From Chlorokybus atmophyticus (Eukaryota > Plantae > Mesostigma and Chlorokybus algae), in the NCBI GenBank assembly GCA_009103225.1, contig RHPI01002836.1, forward strand, positions 1 to 64,000: a stretch of 64,000 bases of DNA, given 5' to 3'. The first letter of the stretch is position 1; each line of letters opens with the position of its first letter. The position numbers and the translations under genes are program-made. Of the stretch, positions 11,544 through 24,455 are shown in pieces. The notes beneath the pieces are model-generated. The model saw only the letters and a program-made list of their open reading frames with translations, did no database searches and had not been told where the DNA came from.

Positions 11544-13778
11544 ATGGCGTCGGCGATGGCGGCGACCGCCGGCGCCGGCACCGGCGCCGGGGTGGTTGCA
11601 TGGCCAGGGTCGGCGTCATCTGGCTTAGTTTCACCGTCCTGTGTCCTAAAGAGGCGCCCCGTGGTGTTGGCTCAGCACAGGGGCCCGGTGAAGGCGGCGC
11701 TGGGTGGGCTGGGGTGTGGGCTGAGGCTGCAACCGCCTCTCCGCTTGCAGACTGCGGCGCTGGGCTTTGAGCAGCAGCGCCGTCGTTCACGTCAGTCCGT
11801 CACCGTTTGCCAGGCTAATGCCGCCCGCACCGAGGCCACCGGGGCTGGGGATGACACTGACAGGCGAGTATTGCATGGCTTACGCAAGGTGCTTGGTGGT
11901 AACGACATGTTTACCATCATGCGGCGCCGGAATGGGTTCTGTACTTGTGACAATCAATGGAGTACGCTCATATTGTGTGAACTCTGGTCCGCGCTTACAT
12001 GCAAATTAAGCACGCGACTGTTGTGGTGAGGGTGTTCTTCTATAAGACTGCTTGGTTGCGCAAGCGCTGTGCACCTTTGTGTCTCTCGACGGATTGGTGG
12101 CACGTACAGTTGACGAGGACACGACGTTGCCTGGCAGAAGAGTGATGTGCTCTGAGTCTTAGTCACTTGTAAGCGGCATGCAAGACGGGTCGCTGCGAGC
12201 TTGTCAACGCGTTACCATCATGCTCATGCCGTCATCTGTGGGTGACAGTTTCCGTTGTTGTAAGCATGTTGTGTAGTGGCATTCTTACTTTATTCTTGTC
12301 ATACGTAAGGGTGTATGAGGCAAGCAGTTGAGTACATGCACGTCTTGTTGTTTGTACCTGAGGCTGCTGTGCTGTGCCCGTTGCCTTTGCAGAACAGGGG
12401 CACCACTTACGGCGCCTGCTGATGACGATGTTATGCCCACAAGCAAGTTGGCCATATACTTTGGCTTGTGGTATGCTTTCAACATTGTATTCAACATCAT
12501 GAACAAACGAGCACTCAATGTGTACCCGGTGCCATGGCTGCTAGCCACTGTTCAGGTGAGTTGTCATGTTAGTACTCAGCCAGTGGGTGCTCATTGATTG
12601 CGTTTTGCATTTGCATGCAAATGCAGGCACGCACATACGTTGCAGTGTTTTTGCCCTGATGCTAACCAACGCTGGTGTTTCATGCAGTTGGCAGTCGGGA
12701 TGTTGTGGTGTGTTGGGATGTGGGCGTTGCGCCTACAACCTTATGTTCCTGTATCAAGGGAGTTCATTAATGCCATGGCGCCTGTGGCATTCTGGCATGC
12801 GGTTGGGCACATTTCGGCTTGTGTTAGCTTCAGCTTTGTAAGTGGTGTACTCGTATACATGCATCAGCACGATTACCGCAGGTTTCTTCTGGCAAGTTCA
12901 CTCATTGCCTCGTTCTCTCTTTAGGTGGCCATCTCATTCACACATGTCATCAAATCAGCGGAGCCAGTCTTTTCAGTATTGTTTTCAAGGTTATTCATGG
13001 GGACTGCTTTTGCTGCCCCGGTGTACCTGTCCCTTATCCCTATAGTTTTTGGATGCTCATTAGCATCTGTGACCGAGCTGTCCTTCAACTTCCCCGGCTT
13101 TGCTGGTGCTATGATATCCAATTTTGGCTTCGTCCTTCGAAATATCTACTCCAAGAAGACAATGAAGAACTTCAAGCACATCGACGGCGTCAACCTGTAT
13201 GCGTGGATTACAATTTTCTCATTGCTGTACCTTGCACCTGTAGCTGTCATTGTTGAAGGGGCAAAGTGGGGACCAGCTTGGCACGTTGCCGCTGCCAAAA
13301 TGGGTGGCGCCTCCAACCTATTCCAGCTGATTCTCGGGTAAGTGATGTGCCATGTTCCCATTGCGTGCAAGCTCTGCTTGTGAGGCACTCCATTGAATTG
13401 TTGGCACCACTTGCCTTGACTGATGTTTTGTATTCTGGCAGTGGAAGTCTGCTTTACCATCTGTACAACCAGATGTCCTACATGGTAAGGCTTAGTCTAC
13501 CTCAGTGCCGTTTGCATGCTGAGCTGCTGATGCACATGATGTACTTCTGTTGACATATCATATCATGCTTGCAGGCTTTGAAGGGCATCACCCCCCTGAC
13601 GTTCTCCGTGGGCAACACCATGAAGCGTGTTGCAGTCATCATTGCTTCAGTGCTCTGGTTCCGCACTCCTGTGAAGCCTCTGAATGCCTTGGGTTCAGCA
13701 ATTGCTGTGTTAGGCACGTTCCTCTATTCACAAGCCACGTCACCCTCGTCTAAGCCGGTCAAGGCCAAGATAGCTTAG
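11544..13778 (+). CDS. XPT: Plastid phosphate translocator, XPT/GPT clade (closest to xylulose-5-P translocator by motifs); exons 11544-11863, 12393-12555, 12688-12837, 12925-13337, 13442-13484, 13575-13778
   Basis: Transit-peptide-like N-terminus; YFGLWYAFNIVFNIMNKRAL, GHISACVSFS, FTHVIKSAEPVFSV, VLRNIYSKK, IDGVNLY, YHLYNQ, TPLTFSVGNTMKRV, GTFLYSQAT. All splice phases are consistent, and intron 1 is GC-AG. Confidence 0.9.
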
Positions 13779-14712
13779 TGGTGTACAATCGAGATGTACA
13801 CTGACGCAGTGTCTGTGTCACTGAGTTGTGCGTGGAGAGGCTAGCTTTTTGTATTATCATTTGCTCATGGGTTATTTTTGCCGCAAGCAGTAACATTGTT
13901 TGCTGCAGTGATGTCTGCACTTCACCTGCAATGGGCGCTGCACTTATTGACAATGACAGTTCACTTGCTTGCCAAGTGCCACACATAAGCCCATTGTTCA
14001 ATGGCTACAAACGTGAGGGGGTTTTTGACTCCCAAACAACAGTTCAAGGTTGACTCGTCAACAATGCTTGTAATTGTCACCATGTAATGCATCATGTCAC
14101 GTGAAGTTCAAAGAGTTCTCCTGCAATGAATCAGTTGCTAGTAGGAGTGCATGACGCCTTGTTGTCACAAGGAGTGATCAATCGTACACTCCTCTCAATG
14201 CATCTTGTCAATGACAATATGTCTTGAACCTTGAATGAATGAATATCAAACATTGCATCTTAGATCTCTATAACATGTATGAAAGCGATCGCGATTGTGC
14301 GACATTGTTATATCAATTGCCTCATTGTTAAAGCCAATAATAAACTCGGGATGCAATCAACATTAATATGGTATCATGTACTGATGTGAAAGTTCAAGCA
14401 TTCTATTGCAAAGTTACACCCTCATAAGCAAATCCACAAGGTGGTCAGCGCAGCCTATAGTTGAATTATGTGTAACACTTTCATGCAACTTATACATCAG
14501 AGAATGTTTGCTTGCTGAGACGCCTTGGATAAGTATTTATTGCTTTTGATGTATACAAAGAGTGTTATGTACGGCTATGCATTCTGCATATGCCTTCCAC
14601 ATGCTGATGCACGCTCACATGCAGACAACATTCGCAGTCATAATATATTCTGTTTTATCACCCGGGTAGCCAACTACAGCACTGCCCCTACCTGCACTAG
14701 TATTCATACCCC

Positions 14713-14932
14713 GATAGTGCAAGGAGGCCTCGACTGCAGGGTGTGTCTCGCAACGGGAGTATGTACACGAATGTGTATAAGTGTCAAAAACGAGTAAAGG
14801 TACCGGGCAACCTGAAGGTGGCCAAGTAGAGGACACCGAAGCTGCAGTGTAGTAGCGGGTACAGGAGACAGTGAGGAGGAAAAATAACGGTGTGGTCCCC
14901 TTAGCTTGATGGCGAGTGGTAATCACTCAACA
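14713..14932 (-). repeat. LTR-like repeat of the Gypsy-DNMT family
   Basis: Homologous to 59197-59432 and the split LTR at 60065-62235; shared motifs CCCC(T)AAGCTTG...CTCAACA|AGCTC. Confidence 0.6.
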
Positions 14933-15293
14933 AGCTCATGAACAAGGACGCTTGGGGAACGCATACATCAGTCATCATGTAGTGTATGTGTGCGGGAATG
15001 GGCAGCTAAGTGAGACGAGATCACACACTGCAAGCACCAAGTGTGCATGTACAAGCAAGCACAATCATTACTGAACAGTGAATGGGGTGCGAGCAAGCAC
15101 TGCAGCAGTGTAGGAATGATGCAGTGTGCAGGTAGCAAATGTGACGGCCACAAGCATGAGAGCAAAAGTGTACACTTACAACTATATGGACAAAGGCAAG
15201 TCTGGGGGTAAAGAACTATCGACCGGAATAGCTGGTCCACTAACAGCATGCACACAACTATTACTGAATTACTCGTACTGCTGGGCTCTACTC
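14930..15293. repeat. ~360-bp direct repeat, copy 1 (copy 2 at 17763-18126)
   Basis: Alignable from AACAAGCTC..GAACA to CTGCTGGGCTCTACTC in both places; the two copies bracket the second DNMT remnant. Confidence 0.9.
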
Positions 15294-15404
15294 ACTTTTG
15301 CTCTAGTTCATCTATGTGAGGATGTTCAATGCTTCCTTAAGAGCTCCAAGTTCAGCGCCGTGGACAGCCATGAAGACAAATGATAGGTCTCTGATATCTG
15401 CGCC

Positions 15405-15491
15405 NNNNNNNNNNNNNNNNNNNNNNNNNNNNNNNNNNNNNNNNNNNNNNNNNNNNNNNNNNNNNNNNNNNNNNNNNNNNNNNNNNNNNNN
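15405..15491. other. Assembly gap (N run)
   Basis: Run of N. Confidence 1.
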
Positions 15492-15527
15492 GCCCCCCCC
15501 CGCGGATGGCGTGGGGTTGAGATTTGG

Positions 15528-16560
15528 TCAGTGGTTGTGTTGCAGGGCCAAGCATGCCTCTGAAAGCCAAACCATGCTAATATGATCCATTGCACAGCTA
15601 AGCAAGGCGCGACAGTCGTGCTCCGCAAGCTTGGGTGCCTGTGTAACGAATCCGGGCAAAAAGCCCATGGCCAACTTGCGCTCAGTGGCGAGTGGTTCTT
15701 GAAAGCAGTGCAAGCTGTCATCCCAAACCATGCCAATGATGCCGTTGCGGAAGGAGTGAGAGCCAAAAAAGGCCACAAAGTGGGCAAGGCAGCCATAGGC
15801 TAACCCACCTGGTTGCTCGGGTTGAATGATTTGTGGTCTGGCTGAGCACTGGTTGCGGGGTGATTTCAGCAGCCCAGATGTCAATGACCAAGAGACCTGA
15901 CGTGCGAATGTACAAAGACTACGCTGTGAAGTCTTGTAAATTGGCGAGGTTGGTCCGCTTGCTGCGTAAGCAGTGGACACGGGATCTATGAGCAGCTGCG
16001 TCAATAACCAGTGCATCGCCAAGGACTGTGCAGACCCGTTTGTAGTCAGCACGAACGTTGACGCAGTAACCATCCTTCGAACATACATGTTGCAGTATGT
16101 ATGCGGGTGGCCTGTCAGGTTGCTGGTGCTGGAGTGTGCGGATGGTGCGAACCAACTCCAAGAACACAGTAAAGATCATGGGTCTTAAAGGCCAAGGCGC
16201 TTGTCGGCACGAGAATGCCCTTTATACTCCCATTCAGCAACAACAGTGTCGACGCCACCAAATGCTTTGAAGTGTTCTCTTGTGACAAGTTGCATGTATT
16301 GAGGCAATGCGCGCAGACTGCCGGCAGTGGCGGATGGCTTCAGCGGGTATCGTTTGCAAAGCTGCGCGAGGTGGTGAGACACCGCTGTTTGTGCTTGATA
16401 ACCGGGGTTACAAATGAAATACTTGCCAATTGGCAGGCCGACATTCCGAATGGCTACCAAGCCGCTATTGACGCCGTCAAACAGCTCCACAACAGTGAGA
16501 CCTTGGCGACAACATTGCGGCGATAGGTAAACAGTGGACAGATTCAGTGTGCGAAGGGGA
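15528..16560 (-). pseudogene. Second retrotransposon-borne C5-DNA methyltransferase
   Basis: TVVELFDGVNSGL (I); VDTVVAEWEYKGHSRADKRLGL (IV); PPAYILQHV (VI); IDAAAHRSRVHCLRSKRTNL (VIII); EPLATERKLAMGF..RALLSCAMD (IX/X). Collinear with 5020-6010. Confidence 0.88.
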
Positions 16561-17762
16561 TTGTCAATGTCAGGTGACAGTGTCAGTGGTGTGGTTGCCG
16601 CGCGTGTTACCATGGCTTGTGCAAACCGCTGGCGAAAGTCAAGGTCCTGTTCAGCCACTTCGCACGAACTGGTGAATAATGGAGGTAGGCTTGCCACAGC
16701 GAATTGCCCAGAATGCCAACCAGGTCGGTTTTCTTTTGCGGAGGTTCTTTGAAGTTTTCCACATACACTACGACCAGGTGCTGAACACTGACAACGGGCA
16801 TGCCCAAGGTGGTCTCGTCGACCAGCCTGACGACACGCTCATGAATTTAGACAGTGGTTTCACGGGGGTTCCGCCTGAGCCGTATGAGCTCCTGGGCCTT
16901 CTCTGCGATGTAAGTGGGGAACCAATGGTTTAGCCGTATGATGAGATCCTCCCATTCTGACGGTGGTAACACTTTCTCAATCACGTCCTCATCAACAGGT
17001 GTTGATGTGCTGCTGGAGGAGCGGGAGTGGTAACTGCTGTTGTCAATGCGAGGGCGTAGGCCACGCATGCTGCTCTCAACCTATTGGCTTAATTTGCTGA
17101 GGTCCCATCGTCATCGCCAGCGCCATGGGTGCCACGAAGGGTGTGGTGACGGCGGTGGTAGTGTCCCCGATGCGCTGCTCCTGGTGTCCGTGACCTCGGT
17201 TTGAGCGGGGGTGGTTTCCCGTAGGGCGCACGACCACTCTTGGCACCATGGACAGCACGCGAGGGGCCCCCAATCTTTCCGCAGTTGGGATGGCCGTACC
17301 AGGGCTAGGGCTGGAGCGGAGAAGTTTCTCGTCTTTAAAAAGGTCGTGTGCGGTGGCGACGATTTAAGCCATTCGCTCAAAGAGATCGAGTTTCGGCTCC
17401 AGTATGACGAGCTTCCTGTTGCCACTGCTGCTTTCGCTGTTGTTGCCGTCTGAGGCGGCCATGTCTCCTTCGCTGTCAGAACTGAGGTCGACGGGGGAAG
17501 GAAGACAGTACCTCGCAGTTGCAAGTGGGTTGTCGTCACCCACTTTGTTAGTTATCGAAGAGGAAGAATCTTGAGCGACGTCTGCTAGGGATGCAGCAGC
17601 CTTAGCCCGCCTCAAGCCTCTGATTGACCTTGCTTTGCATGAATCCCAGCTGAGTCCTTGACTCCTGTGAGGCATGCACACCGCACGCAACGGGCACGGG
17701 CAAGGCAAATGCAAGTGCACACAACCAAAGCAATGACTGAGCGGTGTGGATTGAGTTGCAAG

Positions 17763-18126
17763 TTAACAAGCTCCTGAACAGGAACGCTTGGGGAATGCAC
17801 ACAGCCGTCACGCAGTGTATGTGTGCGGGAATGGGCAGCTCAATGAGACGAGATCACACATTGCAAGCAGCAAGTGTGCATGTGCGAGCAAGCACAGTCA
17901 CTACTGAACAGTGAATGGGGTGCGAGCAAGCACTGCAGCAGTGTAAGAATGATGCAGTGTGCAGGTAGCAAATGCAATGGCCATAAGCATGAGAGCAAAA
18001 GTGTTCACTTACAATTGTATGGGCAAAGACAAGTCTTAAGTAAACAACTGTCGGCTGGAATAACTGGTCCACCAACAGCATGTACACAACTATTACTGAA
18101 TTACTCGTACTGCTGGGCTCTACTCC
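17763..18126. repeat. ~360-bp direct repeat, copy 2
   Basis: See 14930-15293. Confidence 0.9.
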
Positions 18127-20484
18127 GCTGAGCCTCAGTTAACCATCGACTCCAAGATGGGCCAATGTGGTTATCTCGAGCAGTATCACCACCATTTCTG
18201 CTCCAATCCGTCTCCTTGCAACTCACTCACTACCGACGCTTTCGGTGGGAATTGCCTAAGCTCCATGTCAACGCGGCCCGCCGCCATAGAGACTGCGTCC
18301 CCAATGGTGGAGGCCAATGCTGGCAGTCAACTGTCACGCGGCTTGGCGTCGTAAGGACTGCAACCCAGTTTGCGGGCTTGGGGCCCGCAGTTTGAGCACG
18401 GGTTGATTGATCTGGATGCTATTATGGCAATGCTGATGTGTTTATAGGGTGCGAGGGGAAACTGTGTGTCGAGGGTCAACGCCGTGACACCCCGTTGAAT
18501 ATGCAAGCATGCAAACGAAATGTTATATAACTCTACACATCATCACCTGCCCACATCAATCGCCGACGAAAATATGCTCTATTGATAAAACACATGTGAT
18601 TTGTGTAACTAGCTTAGCTGCTTGTTTCACAATTGCAATTACACAAACACTAGCTTGATGCATAAAAGTGCAATTCGAAGACAATACACTGTGAATGCAT
18701 TCTGCTAACATTATTTTAGTAAAGATGGTGCTTTGCGGCAATGATTACAATCCTTTAATATTCTTACTAGCAATGGCTCACGTAATAGAGTAAACCTTAT
18801 TTAATTGCAAGTTTGCAAAAGGATTGTGCTTGTGAGTTTGTCATGGATTACAATTATGACATGTTTTGTTGGTAAACTTTACTTTCTCAACTGGTTAATT
18901 GCTTAGCATAATGCGCAATCTTGTTGCGCCTTAAGCGACGCCAAATGTTTATGGCTTATCTGTGCGAGTTCCTCTTTGCATGTTTTGTGCGTGGCAACCC
19001 GTGTACAATAGTACATTATTAAATTGCCGGGTAATGCACGTTTGAATGCGTGCTATATATGAATATATGTCTTGGTCTTTTTCGGCTGTTGACCATGTTT
19101 GATGACGCAGTAAGTATAGCGTGTAATCAATTAGCGTTACATGGTAGAGTGGATTAGTTACAACGAGAGTGAGTAGTGGCGGCGTGTCTTTGGGGTATGG
19201 GGCCTGCCTCGATCTCGTACCGCAAAAAACGCGGCCGTTTTCACCACTAACTGTGCTGCAATTGCACCAAATCCCTAGCGATTTTGGGTCGCCGTTGGTC
19301 AGCAGTTGCCGCTGAGATAGTTTTCAGCATCTTTTACGCATCTCTGCAATGATTGCTGTTTCGCTGCCTTTTTCAGCAACGGCTGTTGTCACCGTTGCGA
19401 TCCCATTTGATCAATTTCATGCGTGACCAAATGATGGCCTAACAATGCATTTTTTTGGTTCAATTGAATCTTAACGTTAAGGTAATTCAGGTTAGCATTA
19501 TTTTGATGGTTGTAACCTCGGCATTACTTACTGAATATTGCAGCACGTACCGTGGTGTAAACGTTACGTTGAATATTTAAAATCAGTTAACTGCAAGTTG
19601 CTAACCAAATTGCACCATATTGCACCATATTGCAGCATATGTATTCATATCGCAACATATGTGCTTCATATTGCAACACATCAGAGATATTGTTTTGCCA
19701 CCTTAGATGAGTGTGTTACATCTCAAATCACATGGGCCATGCAACAATATGCCGGCATGTGCATCGTGCACGTTGTGCTCATTATTGATATTGATTCGCA
19801 TATATTTTGAGCAGTTGCATGAAGTGGGGATGTGCTTTGGACGGTCGAGATTTATAAATTGTACAAATCGAACGGCTGATAGTTGATGAACGCCGCCTAG
19901 CCAATGAGCGGCATGCGGGCCGCGCAGCCCGGCAGTCGCGGGTGAGGTTTGCGTGTGCCCTAATGCCGGCCGCCCCGCCCAATCAGCCGCACCGCTCGTT
20001 CTGTAATACACTATCATACACAAGTATGTCGCTAATTCACGAACCATTTATATATACCGTATTCGCTCTGATAAAAGCACCCGTTTGATAAAAGACCCCT
20101 CAGCAATAAGGGGGGTGGGGGCGTAACACAAATACGGTACTTACTTAACAATGACAATGGCTCCCCAGTCAACAGGAGTCTAAGAGTTCGGAGTCCCACC
20201 CAAAACTGGCCCAAGCAAACGGGAGCACAAAGGGCCGGACGCAGCGCCAGATTTTGGCGCGAAAACGCCGGTCTGAACTGCAGTGCACTATACTGTTGCA
20301 GCGGGACAATAGGCTGAGCTGGCTTCAGGGTCAAGGGCGGCGGCAGGGTGGTTGGTATGCTCGTTCGAGGCGCTGTGGCTGAGGAGAAGCGTGCCAGGAA
20401 GGTGGCTGTGAGCAACGCCTGAGCGTGCATTGTCCGTCTCTGAGACGCCCTGTGCTGCTGTTGCTGCTCCCCACCCTACCGGCC

Positions 20485-23239
20485 ATGGCGGCCTTAGCGC
20501 TGGGGTCCTGGGCGCGGACGTGCTTGTCGTCGTCCTCCTCCTCTTCCTCTTCCTCGTCTGCGCCGTCGTCGTCAGCTTCTCCGTCGCCGTCGTGGTCGCC
20601 CGTCGCCCGCCGCACCCACTCTCCTTGGGAGAGCGAGCGCCAGGCTGGGCCGGCCACCCCTGCCCGCCTAACCATCACCAGGGCGTCCCGCAGCCCGGCC
20701 CGGCCGTCCACGTCGTCGCAGCGGTACGGCGTCAATGCCGCCGCCATCAACGACGACACCCTCGTCAGAGATCAGCAGCCCAGCGCCAGCGCCACAGCCT
20801 CCGGTTACGACGATCACCCCAGCAAGCCTGCTACCACGCCCGCCGCAGCTGGGAGCCTCACCTTTGACGCCTTTAATGAGGCCAACATCAAGGCAAGACA
20901 AGCTCGCTCTTTTGCCTGTTGCATGTCGGTTGGTGTGAAGCTGAACACAACCCAATGCATGCAACTGTCAAGTCAGCATGCCACTGCTGTTGCTGTGTTG
21001 CAAGCATCATGGGCGTTGTGATGCATGGTCTGTCAGCCCGTCTATCCCGCATGCATTGACGCCTTGGCCACTAGGGTTTAAGCTTAACCACAACATAGCC
21101 AAGACTAGGCGACTTGCTGGTAGCGCGCAGCCATGACTGCGTGTCGGAAATCAAGAGAGCTTGAGCAGCGTAATGGCATTCACAGTGGATCCCCCTATGA
21201 TTGCGTCCTTCAAACAGTACACAGTAATAAGAATGAGTCATTTGTCACATCAACGTCGTTGCTGCATGTATTAAGATCTTGCGTGTTGCATGGCAGGTGA
21301 TTGGCGTCGGAGGCGGTGGTTCCAACGCAGTAAACCGCATGATTCAGAGCGGCATGCAGGGGGTTGAATTTTGGATTGTCAACACAGATGCACAGGTAAA
21401 TACTTCTTTCTTTCTTGTTGATTGTGATGCATGCATGCTAGTCTCATGCACTTGCTGTCAATCATTGCGCGATGCTGAAACATCAACAAATTTGTTCAGT
21501 TTAATGCATGATCAATGCTTGACTTGTGCACAGGCACTCCGGCATTCGCCGGTGAAGTCAAACCATCAGATGCAAATTGGTGAGAAGCTTACACGGGGTC
21601 TGGGTGCTGGAGGTAATCCTGAGATTGGGCAACGCGCAGCTGAAGAAAGCCGGGCGCAGGTAACCATTTCCTTATGCTCACGTTATTCAACCAGGCATGT
21701 AGCCTTACTTGGTTTAGGCAAGCTGTCCCATCTATGCGTTTTGGTCGGTAAGGTATTTTGTGTCACAATGGGGCCGTTTGCAGGTTGAGGCGCTGGTTGC
21801 CGGAGCGGATATGGTGTTTGTCACAGTAAGAGCAAGCTTTCGGTTGAGCTTTGTAGAGCCTGTTTGGCTTACAATACTTACCAACGGCTTTCAAAATGAC
21901 AGTTGCGTGCTTATGTGCAGGCTGGGATGGGTGGCGGTACAGGCAGTGGCGCAGCTCCAGTTATTGCTGGTGTGGCTAAATCCATGGGTGTGCTCACAGT
22001 TGGTATTGTGACCACGCCGTTTTCTTTTGAGGGGCGGAGGAGAAGTGTACAGGTAGCTGTTGCCATTGCAAATCACAAGAGGCTTGTGACCCACTCACAT
22101 TCATGACACGCTGATTTGTGTTTGTATGTAGGCAGCTGAAGCAATTTCCGAGCTACGCAACGCCGTTGATACTCTCATCATCATTCCGAACGACAAGCTC
22201 TTGTCGGCTGTTGCTGAGAACACGCCGGTCACGGAGGCTTTCAACCTGGCAGATGACATCTTGCGGCAAGGTGTTCGGGGAATATCGGACATCATTACGG
22301 TATGCTCCTTGTGCAGTAACACACTATGCAGACATGCAACATGCGTTCGCAGGCAGGCTTCTATGCATATAATATGCTCTTGCAGGTGCCTGGCCTGGTG
22401 AATGTCGACTTTGCTGATGTCCGAGCTATCATGGCGAATGCCGGGTCATCACTGATGGGCATTGGAACTGGCACAGGTCCGATTGCAAACCACATGCATG
22501 TGCGCGTGTCCATATGAGCGCGCATTTGCTCGCGCCCTGTGAATATGTTACATACAAGTTACGTGCAGGGAAGACTCGAGCACGTGATGCGGCCATCGCA
22601 GCTATTTCGTCCCCTCTGCTGGATGTTGGAATCGAGCGGGCCACAGGCATTGTTTGGAACATCACAGGAGGCAAAGACATGACGCTCTTTGAGGTATGAC
22701 GTAAAACTGTGACTTAGCAAGCCAGGGTCAGGTAATCTTGCACTGTGGCATGCTGATATTGTGCGGACAGGTCAACCAAGCTGCGGAGATTATTTATGAC
22801 TTGGTTGATCCCAATGCAAACCTGATCTTTGGGGCTGTTGTTGATGACAAAACCAATGGGGAGGTAAGTTACTATTGACGTATTCTAGGCTGGTTGCAAC
22901 GCAACTCTTACTACACAACCATTGTTACCTGCACAGGTGTCAATTACGCTGATAGCCACAGGCTTCCGGCCAACGGAAGGAGAGGTGAGACAAACAGCAG
23001 GCATGCGTGCGTGCAAGTTGGACTGTAGTGTCTTATGCAAATTAGCCATTTTATGTTAGCACCAGCATAATGGCATTGGATGTTTGGCGAAGGTGCCGTT
23101 GCTTGGGAAGCAACAAGTGCGACCGAGCAGTGTCGATGTGCTCGGGCGCAGCGCACGACCAGCGGACAGAAGTGGAGGTGGAGGCCCTGTTGTGGATATC
23201 CCAGCGTTCTTGAAAAAACGCAGCAGACCAAGATTCTAG
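20485..23239 (+). CDS. FTSZ2: Plastid division protein FtsZ2; exons 20485-20892, 21297-21395, 21534-21659, 21784-21825, 21921-22052, 22132-22299, 22386-22476, 22569-22693, 22771-22863, 22937-22984, 23060-23239
   Basis: EANIK|[30 protein letters not shown] tubulin signature, [12 protein letters not shown], and C-terminal core motif [10 protein letters not shown] typical of FtsZ2. Intron 1 is GC-AG. Confidence 0.95.
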
Positions 23240-24109
23240 TCCATTGACCTGTATACATAAACCCACTGTGAGTACAATCTATACTTGGCTTGGGTCGGCG
23301 CTTACACGCATTGAATTATTACTTGTCTACAGTTGCCCTGAACAAGACCAGCTTTGCCATGACGTGTCCAATGCTGCCTTGGCTGCAGCAGCGTAGTGGC
23401 GTAATGAGTTGTGATTGCATTGTTGTAGTCCGCTCCTGTCGCAATTGGTTTTCTTAGTAGCGATATTACAATTGTCTTGATATGTTGTCAGCTCAGTGAC
23501 AGCTCTGTGTTGTTAACACTTGTATATTCCCTACTGTTGCCTGCAGATGTATCAAAACTAACAGCAAAATCGTCACACCAAGGTATGATGCAGATACGTA
23601 GGCGCACATCACTGCACCTATATGCGCAGTGATATGCACATAGGCGATTGGTTGGTGATTGATTGTGACTGTTGGTGAGTAGGGTGCTTGACCGGGGGCA
23701 CAATGCATGCGTAGACATGAGTATAGCATAGCTAGGCAGGACTCATCGGCCATGCATCTCCTCGCCTCCTGCATGTTGTTCGCCTGCCCCATCTTGCTTG
23801 CCGCTACCAGCACTTGCACACATACGCATTCACATAGCTAATCGGGTTGTGTAGTAGTGTTGGTGTTAGTGAGCTATACGGTATAGCCTATACCCCCTGG
23901 CCAAACTGTGTATGGTTGGCTTTGTTTGCCTACTTGGCGTGCTTGCGATGTAAGTTGTCTTTGCATGTCTGTGATACCGCATGCAGGCAGTGCTTGGCCG
24001 GCCGCGACAATTTCGCCCTCAGACCGTGCAAGGAGCACCCGAGCAGGACTATTACGGCAAATTGCAGTACATGGGGAGCAGCGAGGTCTGCCCGTGTCAT
24101 CACGGTGGA

Positions 24110-24455
24110 GTACACAGCACTGCAGAAGGGAGTGCGCCAATCAGCGGAAACCCTAAAGATGAGTTACAGCAGGGTGTATGATGTAGTTGTGGGTGGAGGC
24201 GGTGATGTGGGCGGAGGAGGAGAGGGAGTCCGTTGGGTCTGCTGGTGCTGCTGCCTCGGCAAAGACTGAGCCGCTGACCAACGGCCGTTGTGTAGGTGAA
24301 CGCATGTGCATGCTTACATGGCTAATGGGGTAGTAGGGGTAGTGTAGTGTGTTAGGTAGTGAATGCACCCGGTGGTCAACCTTACAATGGTGTTGTTGGT
24401 ATGCGCTACGTCACTCTGCATGCTGCTGACTATGAATGCCACTATGCATGTGCAT
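24110..24455 (+). repeat. Dispersed ~350-bp repeat; inverted copy at 55520-55900
   Basis: Alignable blocks ACAGCACTGC..AAGGGAGTGC, AAACCCTAA, GTGGGTGGAGG..GATGTGGGCGGAGG, CAACGGCCGTTGTG, CCCGGTGGTCAACC. Confidence 0.85.

Noticed and set aside
18126-20400. Short ORFs in the AT-richer intergenic region before FtsZ2
   Set aside because: No recognisable motifs or splice-consistent structure.
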